From Squalus acanthias (taxonomy: Eukaryota), in the NCBI GenBank assembly GCA_030390025.1, contig JASTWF010000034.1, positions 1,240,001 through 1,304,000 on the forward strand: a DNA stretch of 64,000 bases, written 5' to 3'. Under the pieces are notes generated by a model. That model did no database searches and was not told where the DNA came from. It was given only the letters and a program-made list of their open reading frames with translations. A program made the position numbers and the translations under genes. Shown here piece after piece: positions 1-12,300 of this stretch. Each line of letters begins with the position of its first letter. Position 1 is the stretch's first letter.

Positions 1-352
1 CATCTGTCTCTCCAGGTTGGAGGATCGGTTGAAGCCTCATCCACACACAGAACACGTGTACGGTTTCTCCCCGCTGTGAATGGTGCCAAGTTTTTTCAGG
101 ATGTGTAACTGGTTACAGCTCTCTCCGCAGTCAGTGCACTGGAACACTCTCGTTCAAGTGTGAATGGGTCTCAGTGCTTTCCCAGTCGCATGATGTGTAA
201 AATCCTTTCGCAAACACAAGAACAGAGAAAGATTTCTTCTTCCGTATTCAAAGGCCGATGATATTCAGGTCCTGATGAATCGAGTGACTCTCAGATCTTG
301 GCGTGATGTTTGTTTTGAGTTTCTTGTCTGCAAATCCTCCCCTTCTAATACC
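1..352 (-). pseudogene. 5' part of a C2H2 zinc-finger exon with degenerate fingers; gene continues off the left edge, so functional status is unknown
   Basis: Minus strand reads ...FQCTDCGESCNQLHILKKLGTIHSGEKPYTCSVCG*GFNRSSNLERQ (HSGEKPY linker, CxxC, in-frame TGA). Splice acceptor ctcctttttcAG at 353-364 on minus. Confidence 0.8.
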
Positions 353-362
353 CTGAAAAAGG

Positions 363-3300
363 AGGGGTGTGGGTTATATCAGTGTTACAGTGAGGGGTGT
401 GGGGTATATCAGTGTTACAGTGAGCGGTCTGGGGTATATCAGTGTTACAGTGAGGGGTGTGGGGTATATCAGTGTGCGTGAGGGGTATATCAAAGTTACT
501 GTGAGGGGTGTGGGGTATATCAGTGTTACACTGAGGCATGTGGGGTATATCAGTGTTACAGTGAGGGGTGTGGGGTATTTCAGTGTTACAGTGAGGGGTG
601 TGGGGTATATCAGTGTTACAGTGACGGGTGTGGGGAATATCAGTGTTACAGTGAGGGATGTGGGGTATAGCAGTGTTACAGTGAGAGGTGTGGGATATAT
701 CAGTGTTACAGTGAGGGGTGCGTGGTATATCAGTGTTACAGTGAGGGGTGTGGGGTATATCAGTGTTACAGTGAGGGGTGTGGGGTATATCAGTGTTAGT
801 GAGGGGTGTGGGGTATATCAGTGTTACATTGAGGTGTGTGGGCTATATCAGTGTTACAGTGAGGGGTGTGGGGTATATCAGTGTTACAGTGAGGGGTGTG
901 GGGTATATCAGTGTTAGTGAGGGGTGTGGGTTATATCAGTGTTACAGTGAGGGGTGTGGGGTATATCAGTGTTACAGTGAGGGGTGTGGGGTATATCAGT
1001 GTTACAGTGAGGGGTGTGGGGTATATCAGTGTGCGTGAGGGGTATATCAAAGATACTGTGAGGGGTGTGGGGTATATCAGTGTTACACTGAGGCATGTGG
1101 GGTATATCAGAGTTACAGTGAGGGGTGTGTGGTATTTCAGTGTTACAGTGAGGGATGTGGGGTATATCAGTGTTACAGTGACGGGTGTGGGGAATATCAG
1201 TGTTACAGTGTGGGGTGTGGGGTATATCAGTGTTACAGTGAGAGGTGTGGTGTATATCAGTGTTACAGTGAGGGGTGTGTGGTATATCAGTGTTACAGTG
1301 AGGGGTGTGGGGTATATCAGTGTTACAGTGAGGGGTGTGGGGTATATCAGTGTTAGTGAGGGGTGTGGGGTATATCAGTGTTACATTGAGGGGTGTGGGC
1401 TATATCAGTGTTACAGTGAGGTGTGTGGGGTATATCAGTGTTACAGTGAGGGGTGTGGGGTATATCAGTGTTACAGTGAGGGGTGTGGGGTACATCAGTA
1501 TGCGTGAGGGGTGTGGGATATATCAGTGTTGCATTGAGTGGTGTGGGGTATATCAGTGTTACAGTGAGGGGTGTGGGGTATATCAGTGTTACAGTGAGGG
1601 GTGTGGGGTATATCAGTGTTAGTGAGGGGTGTGGTGTATATCAGTGTTACAGTGAGGGGTGTGGGCTATATCAGTGTTACAGTGAGGGGTGTGGGGTATA
1701 TCAGTGTTACAGTGAGGGGTGTGGGGTATATCAGTGTTACAGTGAGGGGTGTGGGGTACATCAGTGTGCGTGAGGGGTGTGGGATATATCAGTCTTACAG
1801 TGAGGGGTGTGGGGTATATCAGTGTTACAGTGAGGGGTGTGGGGTATATCAATGTTACGGTGAGGGGTGTGGGTTATATCAGTGTTACAGTGAGGGGTGT
1901 GGGGTATATCAGTGTTACAGTGAGGGGTGTGGGGTATATCAGTGTTACAGTGAGGGTTGTGGGGTATATCAGTGTGCGTGAGGGGTATATAAAAGTTACT
2001 GTGAGGGGTGTGGGATATATCAGTGTTACACTGAGGCATGTGGGGTATATCAGTGTTACAGTGAGGGGTGTGGGGTATGTCAGTGTTAAAGTGAGGGTGT
2101 GGGTTATATCTGTTACGGTGAGGGTTGTGGGGTATATCAGTGTTGCAGTGAGGGGTGTGGGGTATATTAGTGTTACAGTGAAGGGTGTGGGGTCTATCAG
2201 TGTTACAGTGAGGGGTGTGGGGTCTATCAGTGTTATCGTGAGGGGTGTGGGGTATATCAGTGTTAGTGAAAGGTGTGGGGTATCTCAGTGTTACAGTGAG
2301 AGGTGTGGTGTATATCAGTGTTACAGTGAGGGGTGTGTGGTATATCAGTGTTACAGTGAGGGGTGTGGGGTATATCAGTGATACAGTGAGGGGTGTGGGG
2401 TATATCAGTGTTAGTGAGGGGTGTGGGGTATATCAGTGTTACATTGAGGGGTGTGGGCTATATCAGTGTTACAGTGAGGTGTGTGGGGTATATCAGTGTT
2501 ACAGTGAGGGGTGTGGGGTATATCAGTGTTACAGTGAGGGGTGTGGGGTACATCAGTATGCGTGAGGGGTGTGGGATATATCAGTGTTGCAGGGAGGGGT
2601 GTGGGGTATATCAGTGTTACAGTGAGGGGTGTGGGGTATATCAGTGTTACAGTGAGGGGTGTGGGGTATATCAGTGTTAGTGAGGGGTGTGGGGTATATC
2701 AGTGTTACAGTGAGGGGTGTGGGCTATATCAGTGTTACAGTGAGGGGTGTGGGGTATATCAGTGTTACAGTGAGGGGTGTGGGGTATATCAGTGTTACAG
2801 TGAGGGGTGTGGGGTACATCAGTGTGCGTGAGGGGTGTGGGATATATCAGTCTTACAGTGAGGGGTGTGGGGTATATCAGTGTTACAGTGAGGGGTGTGG
2901 GGTATATCAGTGTTACGGTGAGGGGTGTGGGTTATATCAGTGTTACATTGAGGGGTGTGGGGTATATCAGTGTTACAGTGAGGGGTGTGGGGTATATCAG
3001 TGTTACAGTGAGGGTTGTGGGGTATATCAGTGTGCGTGAGGGGTATATAAAAGTTACTGTGAGGGGTGTGGTGTATATCAGTGTTACACTGAGGCATGTG
3101 GGGTATATCAGTGTTACAGTGAGGGGTGTGGGGCATGTCAGTGTTACATTGAGGGTGTGGGTTATATCTGTTACGGTGAGGGTTGTGGGGTATATCAGTG
3201 TTGCAGTGAGGGGTGTGGGGTATATTAGTGTTACAGTGAAGGGTGTGGGGTCTATCAGTGTTACAGTGAGGGGTGTGGGGTCTATCAGTGTTATCGTGAG

Positions 3301-4765
3301 GTGTGTGGGGTATATCAGTGTTAGTGAGGGGTTGGGGTATATCAGTGTTACAGTGAGGGTTGTGGGGTATATCAGTGTTACATTCAGGGGTGTGGGGTAT
3401 ATCAGTGTTACAGAGACGGGTGTGGGTTATATCAGTGTTACAGTGAGGGATGTGGGGTATATCAGTGCTTTACAGTTAGGGCTGTGGAGTATATCAGTGT
3501 TACAGTGAGGGGTGTGGGGTATATCAGTGATACAGTGAGGGGTGTGGGGTATATCAGTGTTAGTGAGGGGTGTGGGGTATATCAATGTTACATTGAGGGG
3601 TGTGGGCTATATCAGTGTTACAGTGAGGTGTGTGGGGTATATCAGTGTTACAGTGAGGGGTGTGGGGTATATCAGTGTTACAGTGAGGGGTGTGGGGTAC
3701 ATCAGTATGCGTGAGGGGTGTGGGATATATCAGTGTTGCAGTGAGGGGTGTGGGTTATATCAGTGTTACAGTGAGGGGTGTGGGGTATATCAGTGTTACA
3801 GTGAGGGGTGTGGGGTATATCAGTGTTAGTGAGGGGTGTGGGGTATATCAGTGTTACAGTGAGGGGTGTGGGCTATATCCGTGTTACAGTGAGGGGTGTG
3901 GGGTATATCAGTGTTACAGTGAGGGGTGTGGGGTATATCAGTGTTACAGTGAGGGGTGTGGGGTACATCAGTGTGCAGTGAGGGGTGTGGGATATATCAG
4001 TCTTACAGTGAGGGGTGTGGGGTATATCAGTGTTACAGTGAGGGGTGTGGGGTATATCAGTGTTACGGTGAGGGGTGTGGGTTATATCAGTGTTACATTG
4101 AGGGGTGTGGGGTATATCAGTGTTACAGTGAGGGGTGTGGGGTATATCAGTGTTACGGTGAGGGGTGTGGGTTATATCAGTGTTACATTGAGGGGTGTGG
4201 GGTATATCAGTGTTACAGTGAGGGGTGTGGGGTATATCAGTGTTACAGTGAGGGTTGTGGGGTATATCAGTGTGCGTGAGGGGTATATAAAAGTTACTGT
4301 GAGGGGTGTGGTGTATATCAGTGTTACACTGAGGCATGTGGGGTATATCAGTGTTACAGTGAGGGGTGTGGGGTATGTCAGTGTTACAGTGAGGGTTTGG
4401 GTTATATCTGTTACGGTGAGGGTTGTGGGGTATATCAGTGTTGCAGTGAGGGGTGTGGGGTATATTAGTGTTACAGTGAAGGGTGTGGGGTCTATCAGTG
4501 TTACAGTGAGGGGTGTGGGGTCTATCAGTGTTATCGTGAGGGGTGTGGGGTATATCAGTGTTAGTGAGGGGTGTGGGGTATATCAGTGTTACAGTGAGGG
4601 TTGTGGGGTATATCAGTGTTACATTCAGGGGTGTGGGGTATATCAGTGTTACAGAGACGGGTGTGGGTTATATCAGTGTTACAGTGAGGGGTGTGGAGTA
4701 TATCAGTGTTACAGTGAGGGGTGTGGAGTATATCAGTGTTACAGTGAGGGCTGTGGAGTATATCA
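363..4765 (+). repeat. 30-bp G-rich satellite (TCAGTGTTACAGTGAGGGGTGTGGGGTATA)
   Basis: Directly visible tandem array; 10-aa periodic pseudo-ORFs (ISVTVRGVGY / YQCYSEGCGV); higher-order blocks of ~1.06-1.15 kb. Confidence 0.97.
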
Positions 4766-4874
4766 AAAGGGGATTGGATAAGTGGGACTTGCTGAAGTGC
4801 TCTTGCAGAGAGCCGGCACGGGCTCGATGGGCCGTAAGGCCTCCTTCTGTATTATATCCATTCTATGATTCTAT
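4766..4874 (+). mobile_element. CR1-type LINE 3' end fragment
   Basis: gggctcgatgggccg...ggcctccttctgt followed by an (ATTCTATG)-type tail, like other CR1 ends in the window. Confidence 0.7.
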
Positions 4875-4888
4875 AGAGCCAGAGATGT

Positions 4889-5972
4889 ACAACAACAATA
4901 ACTTGTATTTAATTAGCGCCTTTAACGTAGTAAAACGTCCCAAGTCGCTTCACAGGAGTATTTTAAGACAAACAATTTTGACACCGAGCCACAGAAGGAT
5001 AAATTAGGACAGGTGACTAAAAGCTTGGTCAAAGTGGGAGGTTTTAATGAGCGTCTTGAAGGAGGAAAGAGAGGTAGCGAGGCGAAGAGGTTTAGGCTGG
5101 GAATTCCAGAGCTTAGGGCCTCGGCAGCAGAAGGCACGGCCACCAATTGTTGAGCGATTAAAATCAGGGATGCTCAAGAGGGCAGAATTAGAGGAGCGCA
5201 GATATCTCGTGGGATTTGTGGGGCTGAAGGAGATTAGAGATAGGAAGGGGCGAGGCCATGGAGGGATTTGAAAACAAGGATGAGAATTTTGAAATCGAGG
5301 CGCTGCTTACCCGGGAGCCAGTGCAGGTCAGCGAGCACAGGGGAGATGGGTGAACGGGACTTGGTACGATTTGGGACAGGGGCAGCCGAGCTTTGGATGA
5401 CCTCAAGTTTACGTAGGGTGGAATGTGGGAGGCAAGCCAGGAGTGCGTTTGAATAGTCAAGTCTAGAAGTAACAAAGGCATGGATGAGGGTTTCAGCAGC
5501 GGATGAGATGAGGCAAGGGCGGAGACGGGCGATGTTACGGAGGTGGAAGTAGGCGGCCTTTGTTATGCTGCGGATATGTGGTCGGAGGCTCACTTCAGGG
5601 TTAAGTATGACACCAATGTTGCGAACAGTGTGGTTCAGCCTCAGACAGATGTCAGAGAGAGGGATTGAGTCTGTGGCAAGGGAACGGTGTTGGTGGCAGG
5701 GACCGAAAACAATGGCTTCGGTCTTCCCAATATTTACTTTGAGAAACTTTTGCTCATGTCGGTCAAGCAGTCTGACAATTTAGACACCGTGGAGGGTTTG
5801 AGAGAAGACGTAGTGAGGTAGAGCTGGGTGTCATCAGCGTACATGTGGAAATTGATGCTGTGTTTTTGGATGATGTCACCAAGGGGCAACATGTAGATGA
5901 GAAATAGGAGGGGAGCCAAGGAGAGATCCTTAGGGGACACCAGAGGTAACGATGTGGGAGCGGGAAGGGAGG
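4889..5972 (-). mobile_element. 5'-truncated L2-clade LINE (RT C-terminal half and 3' tail), decayed
   Basis: ORF pieces PLLFLIYM...HMYADDTQLY and HIRSITKAAYFHLRNIARLRP...LIHAFVTSRLDYSNALL...LHWLP are typical of L2; tail ...ggcgctaattaaatacaagttattgttgtt. Confidence 0.85.
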
Positions 5973-6329
5973 CTAACTGATATTCTGAAACTTTCCGCAC
6001 TGTATGATCCCAGCCACAGACGTATCCCTCACTGCAGAGAGAGAGAGAGAGAGGCAGAGACAGTGAGGGAGCAGATACGTAGAGAAGGAAAGAAATACTG
6101 GGGTAGAGTTTGATGTTTAGTAGGTGCAATAGTACAAACTGGGTAATTGTGAATCAGCCACCCATTTTACACCGATGGAAATAAAACTCGGGAGAGATGT
6201 CGGGCAGGATCCCGGTTCATTCCCGGAGACGGGGCTGATTGAACACCCTGTGTTCATGCCCAGTGAGACTGCACACCAGGAGCAGAGCCTGGTCAATGTG
6301 ACCCTGTGACACCTCGAGTGGGAGGGGCT

Positions 6330-6960
6330 CCGGCCGCTTTGTGACATCGCTCCTGGCTGCTGTGTGATGTCACCTGGAGACAGGGCCCCGCCCCTGGTTA
6401 TGGCCTATCACTGGGATGTCAGTGTGGGAGGAGCTGGAGGGACAGCTGACACTGGGGGTGAGTTTAGTACCAATAAACAGGGCAATGGACAGAAAAGAAC
6501 TATTCAATATTAAAGTAAGTAATTCAAACACCTTGATTAATTGCAAAAATAATTAAATTGAATATATTTATGGTCCAAAAATGCTCCCCCTGTATTCTGG
6601 GATTAATATGAATCATTTTTCTATTGACAGTCTCTGGGAGTGAGCAATATCTCAGGAAGGTGGAGAGAGAGAAGTCGAATCATCGCCTCATTGACTGGGA
6701 CTGGAGAAAAGTGTCGCTGGGTTCACAGAGCAGACCTGGTGGGATCGAGAACCCCAGTGTCGGAGACGGGATAAAACGGGAAGCTTCAACAATGATTGGA
6801 AAGGTGAGGAACTTTACTGAGAATCCCATCAGTCCAGGATTTTGCTGAGGGGAGAGTCTAACCAGATACTGGGAGCTGTTCAACATCTGCCATCAGGCTC
6901 GGCCTTTGATGTGCCAAGTTAAGCGGAGCTTAACTCGGAGATAAACCTTGCCCGTACCTC
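6330..6960 (+). promoter_or_regulatory. Promoter/exon cassette, copy 1 (GC box, donor GTGAGT at 6458, internal exon 6631-6803)
   Basis: GGCCCCGCCCC GC box and TGATGTCA CRE-like site; donor gg|GTGAGT; acceptor tttttctattgacAG; donor AAG|GTGAGG; homologous to 18550-19240 and 58390-59040. Confidence 0.55.
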
Positions 6961-7850
6961 ACCCGGGAGTGTTTGAAACTTGCATGTAGTGAGGTCTTTA
7001 TTCTGTATTGACCCCATGCTGTACCCGAGCTGGTACTGCTTCATTGGGTAGTAACAAGGGAGCTGTACGCTGCACATGCTGTATTAGAGGGAGCTTTGCA
7101 TGTCACCCGCGCTGTACCTGCCCTGCGAGTGTTTGAGTGGACAGTGCGGAGGAAGGTTTAGTCTGTGTCTCTCTATCTAACCCGTGCTGTTCGTGCCCTT
7201 GGACTGTTTGATTGGGCATTGTAAAGGGAGCTTTATTCTGTATCTCTCTATCTAACCCGTGCTGTACCTGCCCTTGGACTATTTGATTGGGCAGTGTAAA
7301 GGGAGCTTTACTCTGTATCTCTCTATCTAACCCGTGCTGTACCTGCCCTTGGACTATTTGATTGGGCAGTGTAAAGGGAGCTTTACTCTGTATCTCTCGA
7401 TCTCACTCGTGCTGTACCTGCCCTTGGACTGTTTGATTGTGCAGTGTAAAGGGAGCTTTACTCTGTATCTCTCTCTCTAACCCGTGCTGTACCTGCCCTT
7501 GGACTGTTTGATTGGGCAGTGTAAAGGGAGCTTTACTCTGTATCTCTCTAACCGGTGCTGTACCTGCCCGTGGACTGTTTGATTGGGCAGTGTAAAGGGA
7601 GCTTTACTCTGTATCTCTCTATCTAACCCGTGCTGTTCGTGGCCTTGGACTATTTGATTGGGCAGTGTAAAGGGTGCTTTACTCTGTATCTCTCGATCTA
7701 ACCCGTGCTGTACCTGCCCTTGGACTGTTTGATTGGGCAGTGTAAAGGGAGCTTTACTCTGTATCTCTCTATCTAACCGGTGCTATACCTGCCCTTGGAC
7801 TATTTGATTGGGCAGTGTAAAGGGAGCTTTACTCCGTGTATAACTCATGC
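6950..7850 (-). repeat. 67-bp satellite family, minus orientation, mostly a 75-bp variant (extra 8 bp)
   Basis: Units tctaacccgtgctgtacctgcccttggac...ctctgtatctctcta spaced 75 bp (e.g. 7251, 7326). Confidence 0.9.
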
Positions 7851-7944
7851 TACATGCAAGAAGATTGTGACAAGTGGAATTTAATCCGGAGAAGTGTGAG
7901 GTAATGCATTTGGAAGGACTAACAAGTCAACGGATCCTACAGTG

Positions 7945-8995
7945 AGGAACATAGGAAGAGGATTCGGCCATTCAGCCCCTCGAGCCTGTTGCCCCATTCA
8001 CTGCGATCATTGACTGATCTGCGATCTAACTCCATAAACCCACCTTTGGCCCATATCCCTTCATACCTTTGGTTAACAAAAAGCAATAAATCTCCGTTTT
8101 AAAATTAACAATTTATCTAGCATCCACTTCCGTTTGTGGAAGTGAGTTCCAAATTTCTCCCACTTTGTGTGTCGAAGTATTTCCTAATTTCACTCCTGAA
8201 AGGACTGCCTCTAATTCTTAGACTGTGCCTCCAGTCCTAGTATCCCCACCAATGGAAATAGTTTCTCGCTATCTATTCTATCTGTTCCCCTTAATATCCT
8301 GAAAACTTCGCTCAGATCACCCCTTAACCTTCTAAATTCTAGGGAATAGAACGCTAATTTGTGTAATCTCTCCTCGTTACTGAATCCTTGAAGTCTGGGT
8401 ATCATTCTGGTAAACCTGCGCTGCACTCCCTCCAAGGCCAATATATCCTTCCTAAGGTGTGGTGCCCAGAACTGCTCACAGTGCTCCAGGTGTGGTCTAA
8501 CCAGGGTTTTGTATAGCTGCAAAATAACTTCTACCCCCTTGTAATCTAGTCCTTTAGATATAAAGGCCAGCTTTCCATGAGCCTTTTTGATAATTTTCTG
8601 TACCTGTCCATGACATTTTAATGATCTATGTACCTGGACCCCCCAAGTCTCTTTGGACATCCACTCTTTTTAGCTTTTCACCATTTAGAATGTAACCTGT
8701 TCTATCCTTTTAGGGTCCAAAGTGAATGACCTCACATTTGCTTACACTGAAATCCATTTGCCATAGTTTTGCACATTCCCTTAATCTGTCAATAACCCTT
8801 TGTAATGTTATGGTTTCACCTACACTGCTTACAATGCTGCCTATCTTTGTGTCATCGGCAAATTTGGTTATATGACTTTCTATGACATCACCTAAGTCAT
8901 TAATAAATATTGTGAATAGCTGAGGCCCCAAAACACAGCCCTGCCGGACACCAGGAGTCACATCCTGCCAATTTGAGTACCTACCCATTATCCCT
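7945..8995 (-). mobile_element. CR1 LINE 3' fragment (RT, C-terminus, 3' UTR)
   Basis: ORFs ...GVRQGCVLGPQLFTIFINDL...KFADDTK... and LYKTLVRPHLEHCEQFWAP...; CR1 tail near 7947. A small plus-strand CR1 scrap precedes it (~7860-7935). Confidence 0.9.
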
Positions 8996-9009
8996 ACGCT
9001 GTATCCTGA

Positions 9010-9340
9010 CGCTTTATAAAGGGTTATAAAGGATTATGCTGGGTTATAAATTATTATAAATGAATATAAAGTATTATAATGATATATAAATGTTGATATT
9101 GGAATATAAAGTGTTATGATGAATTGTTAAGGAATATAAAGGGTTATAATGATCGACAAAGGCTTATAAAGTGTTATAATGATTGACAAAGGATTATAAA
9201 GGGAGTTGAATGTGGTACAAAGTGATGCAAAATATGATAAAGGGACATGACCCTTTATAAATCATTATAATCCTTAATAACCCGTTATACACCTTTTGTA
9301 AATGTTTATTAAGGATTCTAACGTTATAAAGAGTTATAAG
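9010..9340. repeat. AT-rich low-complexity repeat (GGGTTATAAA/ATTATAA-like)
   Basis: Degenerate ttataa(a/t) motifs; a similar tract in the opposite orientation at ~41205-41335. Confidence 0.7.
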
Positions 9341-12300
9341 GCTCCCACTACACTGTCCCATCAAACAGTCCCAGTGCAGGTACAGCATTTGTTAGATACT
9401 TAGTAAAGATCCCTCTACACAATCCCATCAAACACTCCCAGGGCAGGTGCAGCAAGGTTTAGATACAGAGTAATGCTCCCTCGATACAATCCCATCAAAC
9501 ACTCCCAGGGCAGGTACAGCAAGGTTTAGATACAGAGTAAAGCTCCCTCTACACTGTCCCAACACACACTCCCAGGGCAGGTACAGCAAGGTTTAGATAC
9601 AGAGTAAAGCTCTCTCTACACAATCCCATCAAACACTCCCAGGGCAGGTACAGCAAGGTTTAGATACAGAGTAAAGCTCTCTCTACACAATCCCATCAAA
9701 CACTCCCAGGGAAGGTACAGCAAGGTTTAGATACAGAGTAAAGCACTCTCTACACTGTGCCAACAACGATTCCCAGACAGCTACAGCACTAGTTAGATGC
9801 AGAATAAAGCTCCCTCTACACTGTCCCATCAAACACTCCCAGGGCAGGAACAGTACGGTTTATATACAGATTAAAGATCCCTCTACACTGTCCCATCAAA
9901 CATTTCCAGGGCAGGTACAGCACGGGTTAGATACAGAGTAAAGCTTTCGCTACACTGTCCCATCAAACACTCCCAGGGCAGGTAGAGCAATGGTTAGATA
10001 TAGAGTAAAGCTCCCACTGCACTGTCCCATCAAACACTCGCAGGGCAGTTAGTGCATCGGTTAGGTACAGAGTAAAGCTCCCGCTACACTGTCCCATCAA
10101 ACACTCGGAGGGCAGGTACAGCACTGGGTTGGATGCAGAGTAATCAGTGTCCCATCACATATTCCCAGGCGTGTACAGCCCGTATTAGATACTTACTATA
10201 GCTCCCTGTATACTGTGACATCGAACACTCCCAGGCCAGGTACTGCACGGGTAAGATGCAGAGTAAAGCTGCTTCTACACTGCCTCATCAAACACTCCCA
10301 GGGCAGGTACAGCACGGGTTTGATACTGCGTAAAGCTCCCTGTATACTATCACATCAAACACTCCCAGGTCTGGAACAGCACGGGTTAGATGCAGAGTAA
10401 AGACCCCTCCATCCTGTTCCAACAAACACTCCCAGACCAGATACTGCATGGGTTAGATACAGAGTATATCTCACTATACATTGTGCCATCAAACACACCA
10501 AGGGCAGATACAACAATGGTTAGATATAGAGTAGGGCTCCCTCTAAACTGTCCCATTCAGCAGTCCCAGGGAAGGTACAGCAATGGTTAGATACAGAGTA
10601 AAGTTCCCCCGAAACTGCCCCATCAAACACTCCCAGGGCAGGTACAGCACGGGTTAGATGCAGAGTAAAGCTCCCTCTACACTGTCCCATCAAACACTCC
10701 CAGGACAGGTACAGCACAGGTAAGATGCAGAATCCCATCATACAATCCTAGGGCAGGTACTGCAATGGTTAGATATAGAATAAAGCTCCATCTACACTGC
10801 CCCATCAAACACTCGCAGGGCAGGTAATGCACGGGGTTAGATACAGAGTAAAGCTCCCTCTACACTATCCCATCAAACACACCCAGGGCAGGTACAGCAC
10901 GGGTTATATATAGAGTAAAGCTCCCTCTACACTGTCCCATCAAACACTCGCAGGGCAGGTAGTGCACGGGTTAGATACAGAGTAAAGCTCCCTCTACACT
11001 GTGCCATCAAACACTCCCAGGGCTGGTACAGCACAGGTTAGATACAGAGTAAAACTTCCTTTACACTGTCCCATCAAACACTCCCAGGTCAGCTACAGCT
11101 TAGGTAAGATACAGAGTAAAGCTTCCTCTACACTGACCCATCAAACTTTCTCAGGCAGGTACAGCCCGCGTTAGATACCGAATAAAGCTCCCTCTACACT
11201 GTCCCCTCAAACACTCTCAGGGCAAGTAGTGCATGGGTTAGGTACAGAGTAAAGCTCCCTTTACACTGTCCTATCAAAAACTGCCAGAGCAGGTACAGCA
11301 CGGGTTAGATACAGAGTAAAGCTCCCTCTACACTGTCCCATCAAACACTACCAGGGCAGGTACAGCACGGGTTAGATACAGAGTAAAGCTCCCTCTACAC
11401 TGCACCATCAAACACTGCCGGGGCAGGTACAGCACGGGGTTAGATACAGAGTAAAGCTCCCTCTACACTGTCCCATCAAACACTCCCAGGGCAGGTACAG
11501 CACGGGTTAGATACAGAGTAAAGCTCCCTCTACACTGCACCATCAAACACTCCCGGGGCAGGTACAGCACGGGGTTAGATACAGAGTAAAGCTCCCTCTG
11601 CACTATCCCATCAAACAGCACCATGGCAGATACAGCACGGGGTTACATACAGAGTAAATCTCCCTCTACACCGTCCCATCAAACAATCCGAGGGCAGGTG
11701 CAGCACAGGTAAGATGCAGAGTAAAGATCCCTCTACAGAATCCCATCATACACTCCCAGGGCAGGTACTGCAATGGTTAGATATCGAATAAAGCTCTCTG
11801 TACACTGCCCCATCAAACACTCGCAGGGCAGGTACTGGAATGGTTAGATACAGAGTAAAGCTCCCTCTACACTGCCCCATCAAACACTCGCAGGGCAGGT
11901 AATGCACGGGGTTAGATACAGAGTAAAGCTCCCTCTACACTGTCCCATCAAACACTCCCAGGGCAGATACAGCACAGGTTAGATGCAGAATAAGGCTCCC
12001 TCTACACTGCCCAATCGAACACTCTCAGGGCAGGTAAAGCACGGGTTAGGTACAGAGTAAAGCTTCCTCTACACTTTCCCATCAAACAATCCCAGGTCAG
12101 CTACAGCTCAGGTAAGATACAGAGTAAAGCTCCCTCTACACTGCCCAATCGAACACTCGCAGGGCAGGTACAGCACGGGTTAGGTACAGAGTAAAGCTTC
12201 CTCTACACTTTCCCATCAAACACTCCCAGGTCAGCTAGAGCTCAGGTAAGATAAAGAGTAAAGCTTCCTCTACACTGACCCATCAAACTTTCTCAGGCAG

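Noticed and set aside
275..4781. Cys/Gly/Tyr-rich or Val-rich repeat-protein ORFs
   Set aside because: Translations of the 30-bp satellite; open in several frames with frame switches at unit indels and no gene structure.
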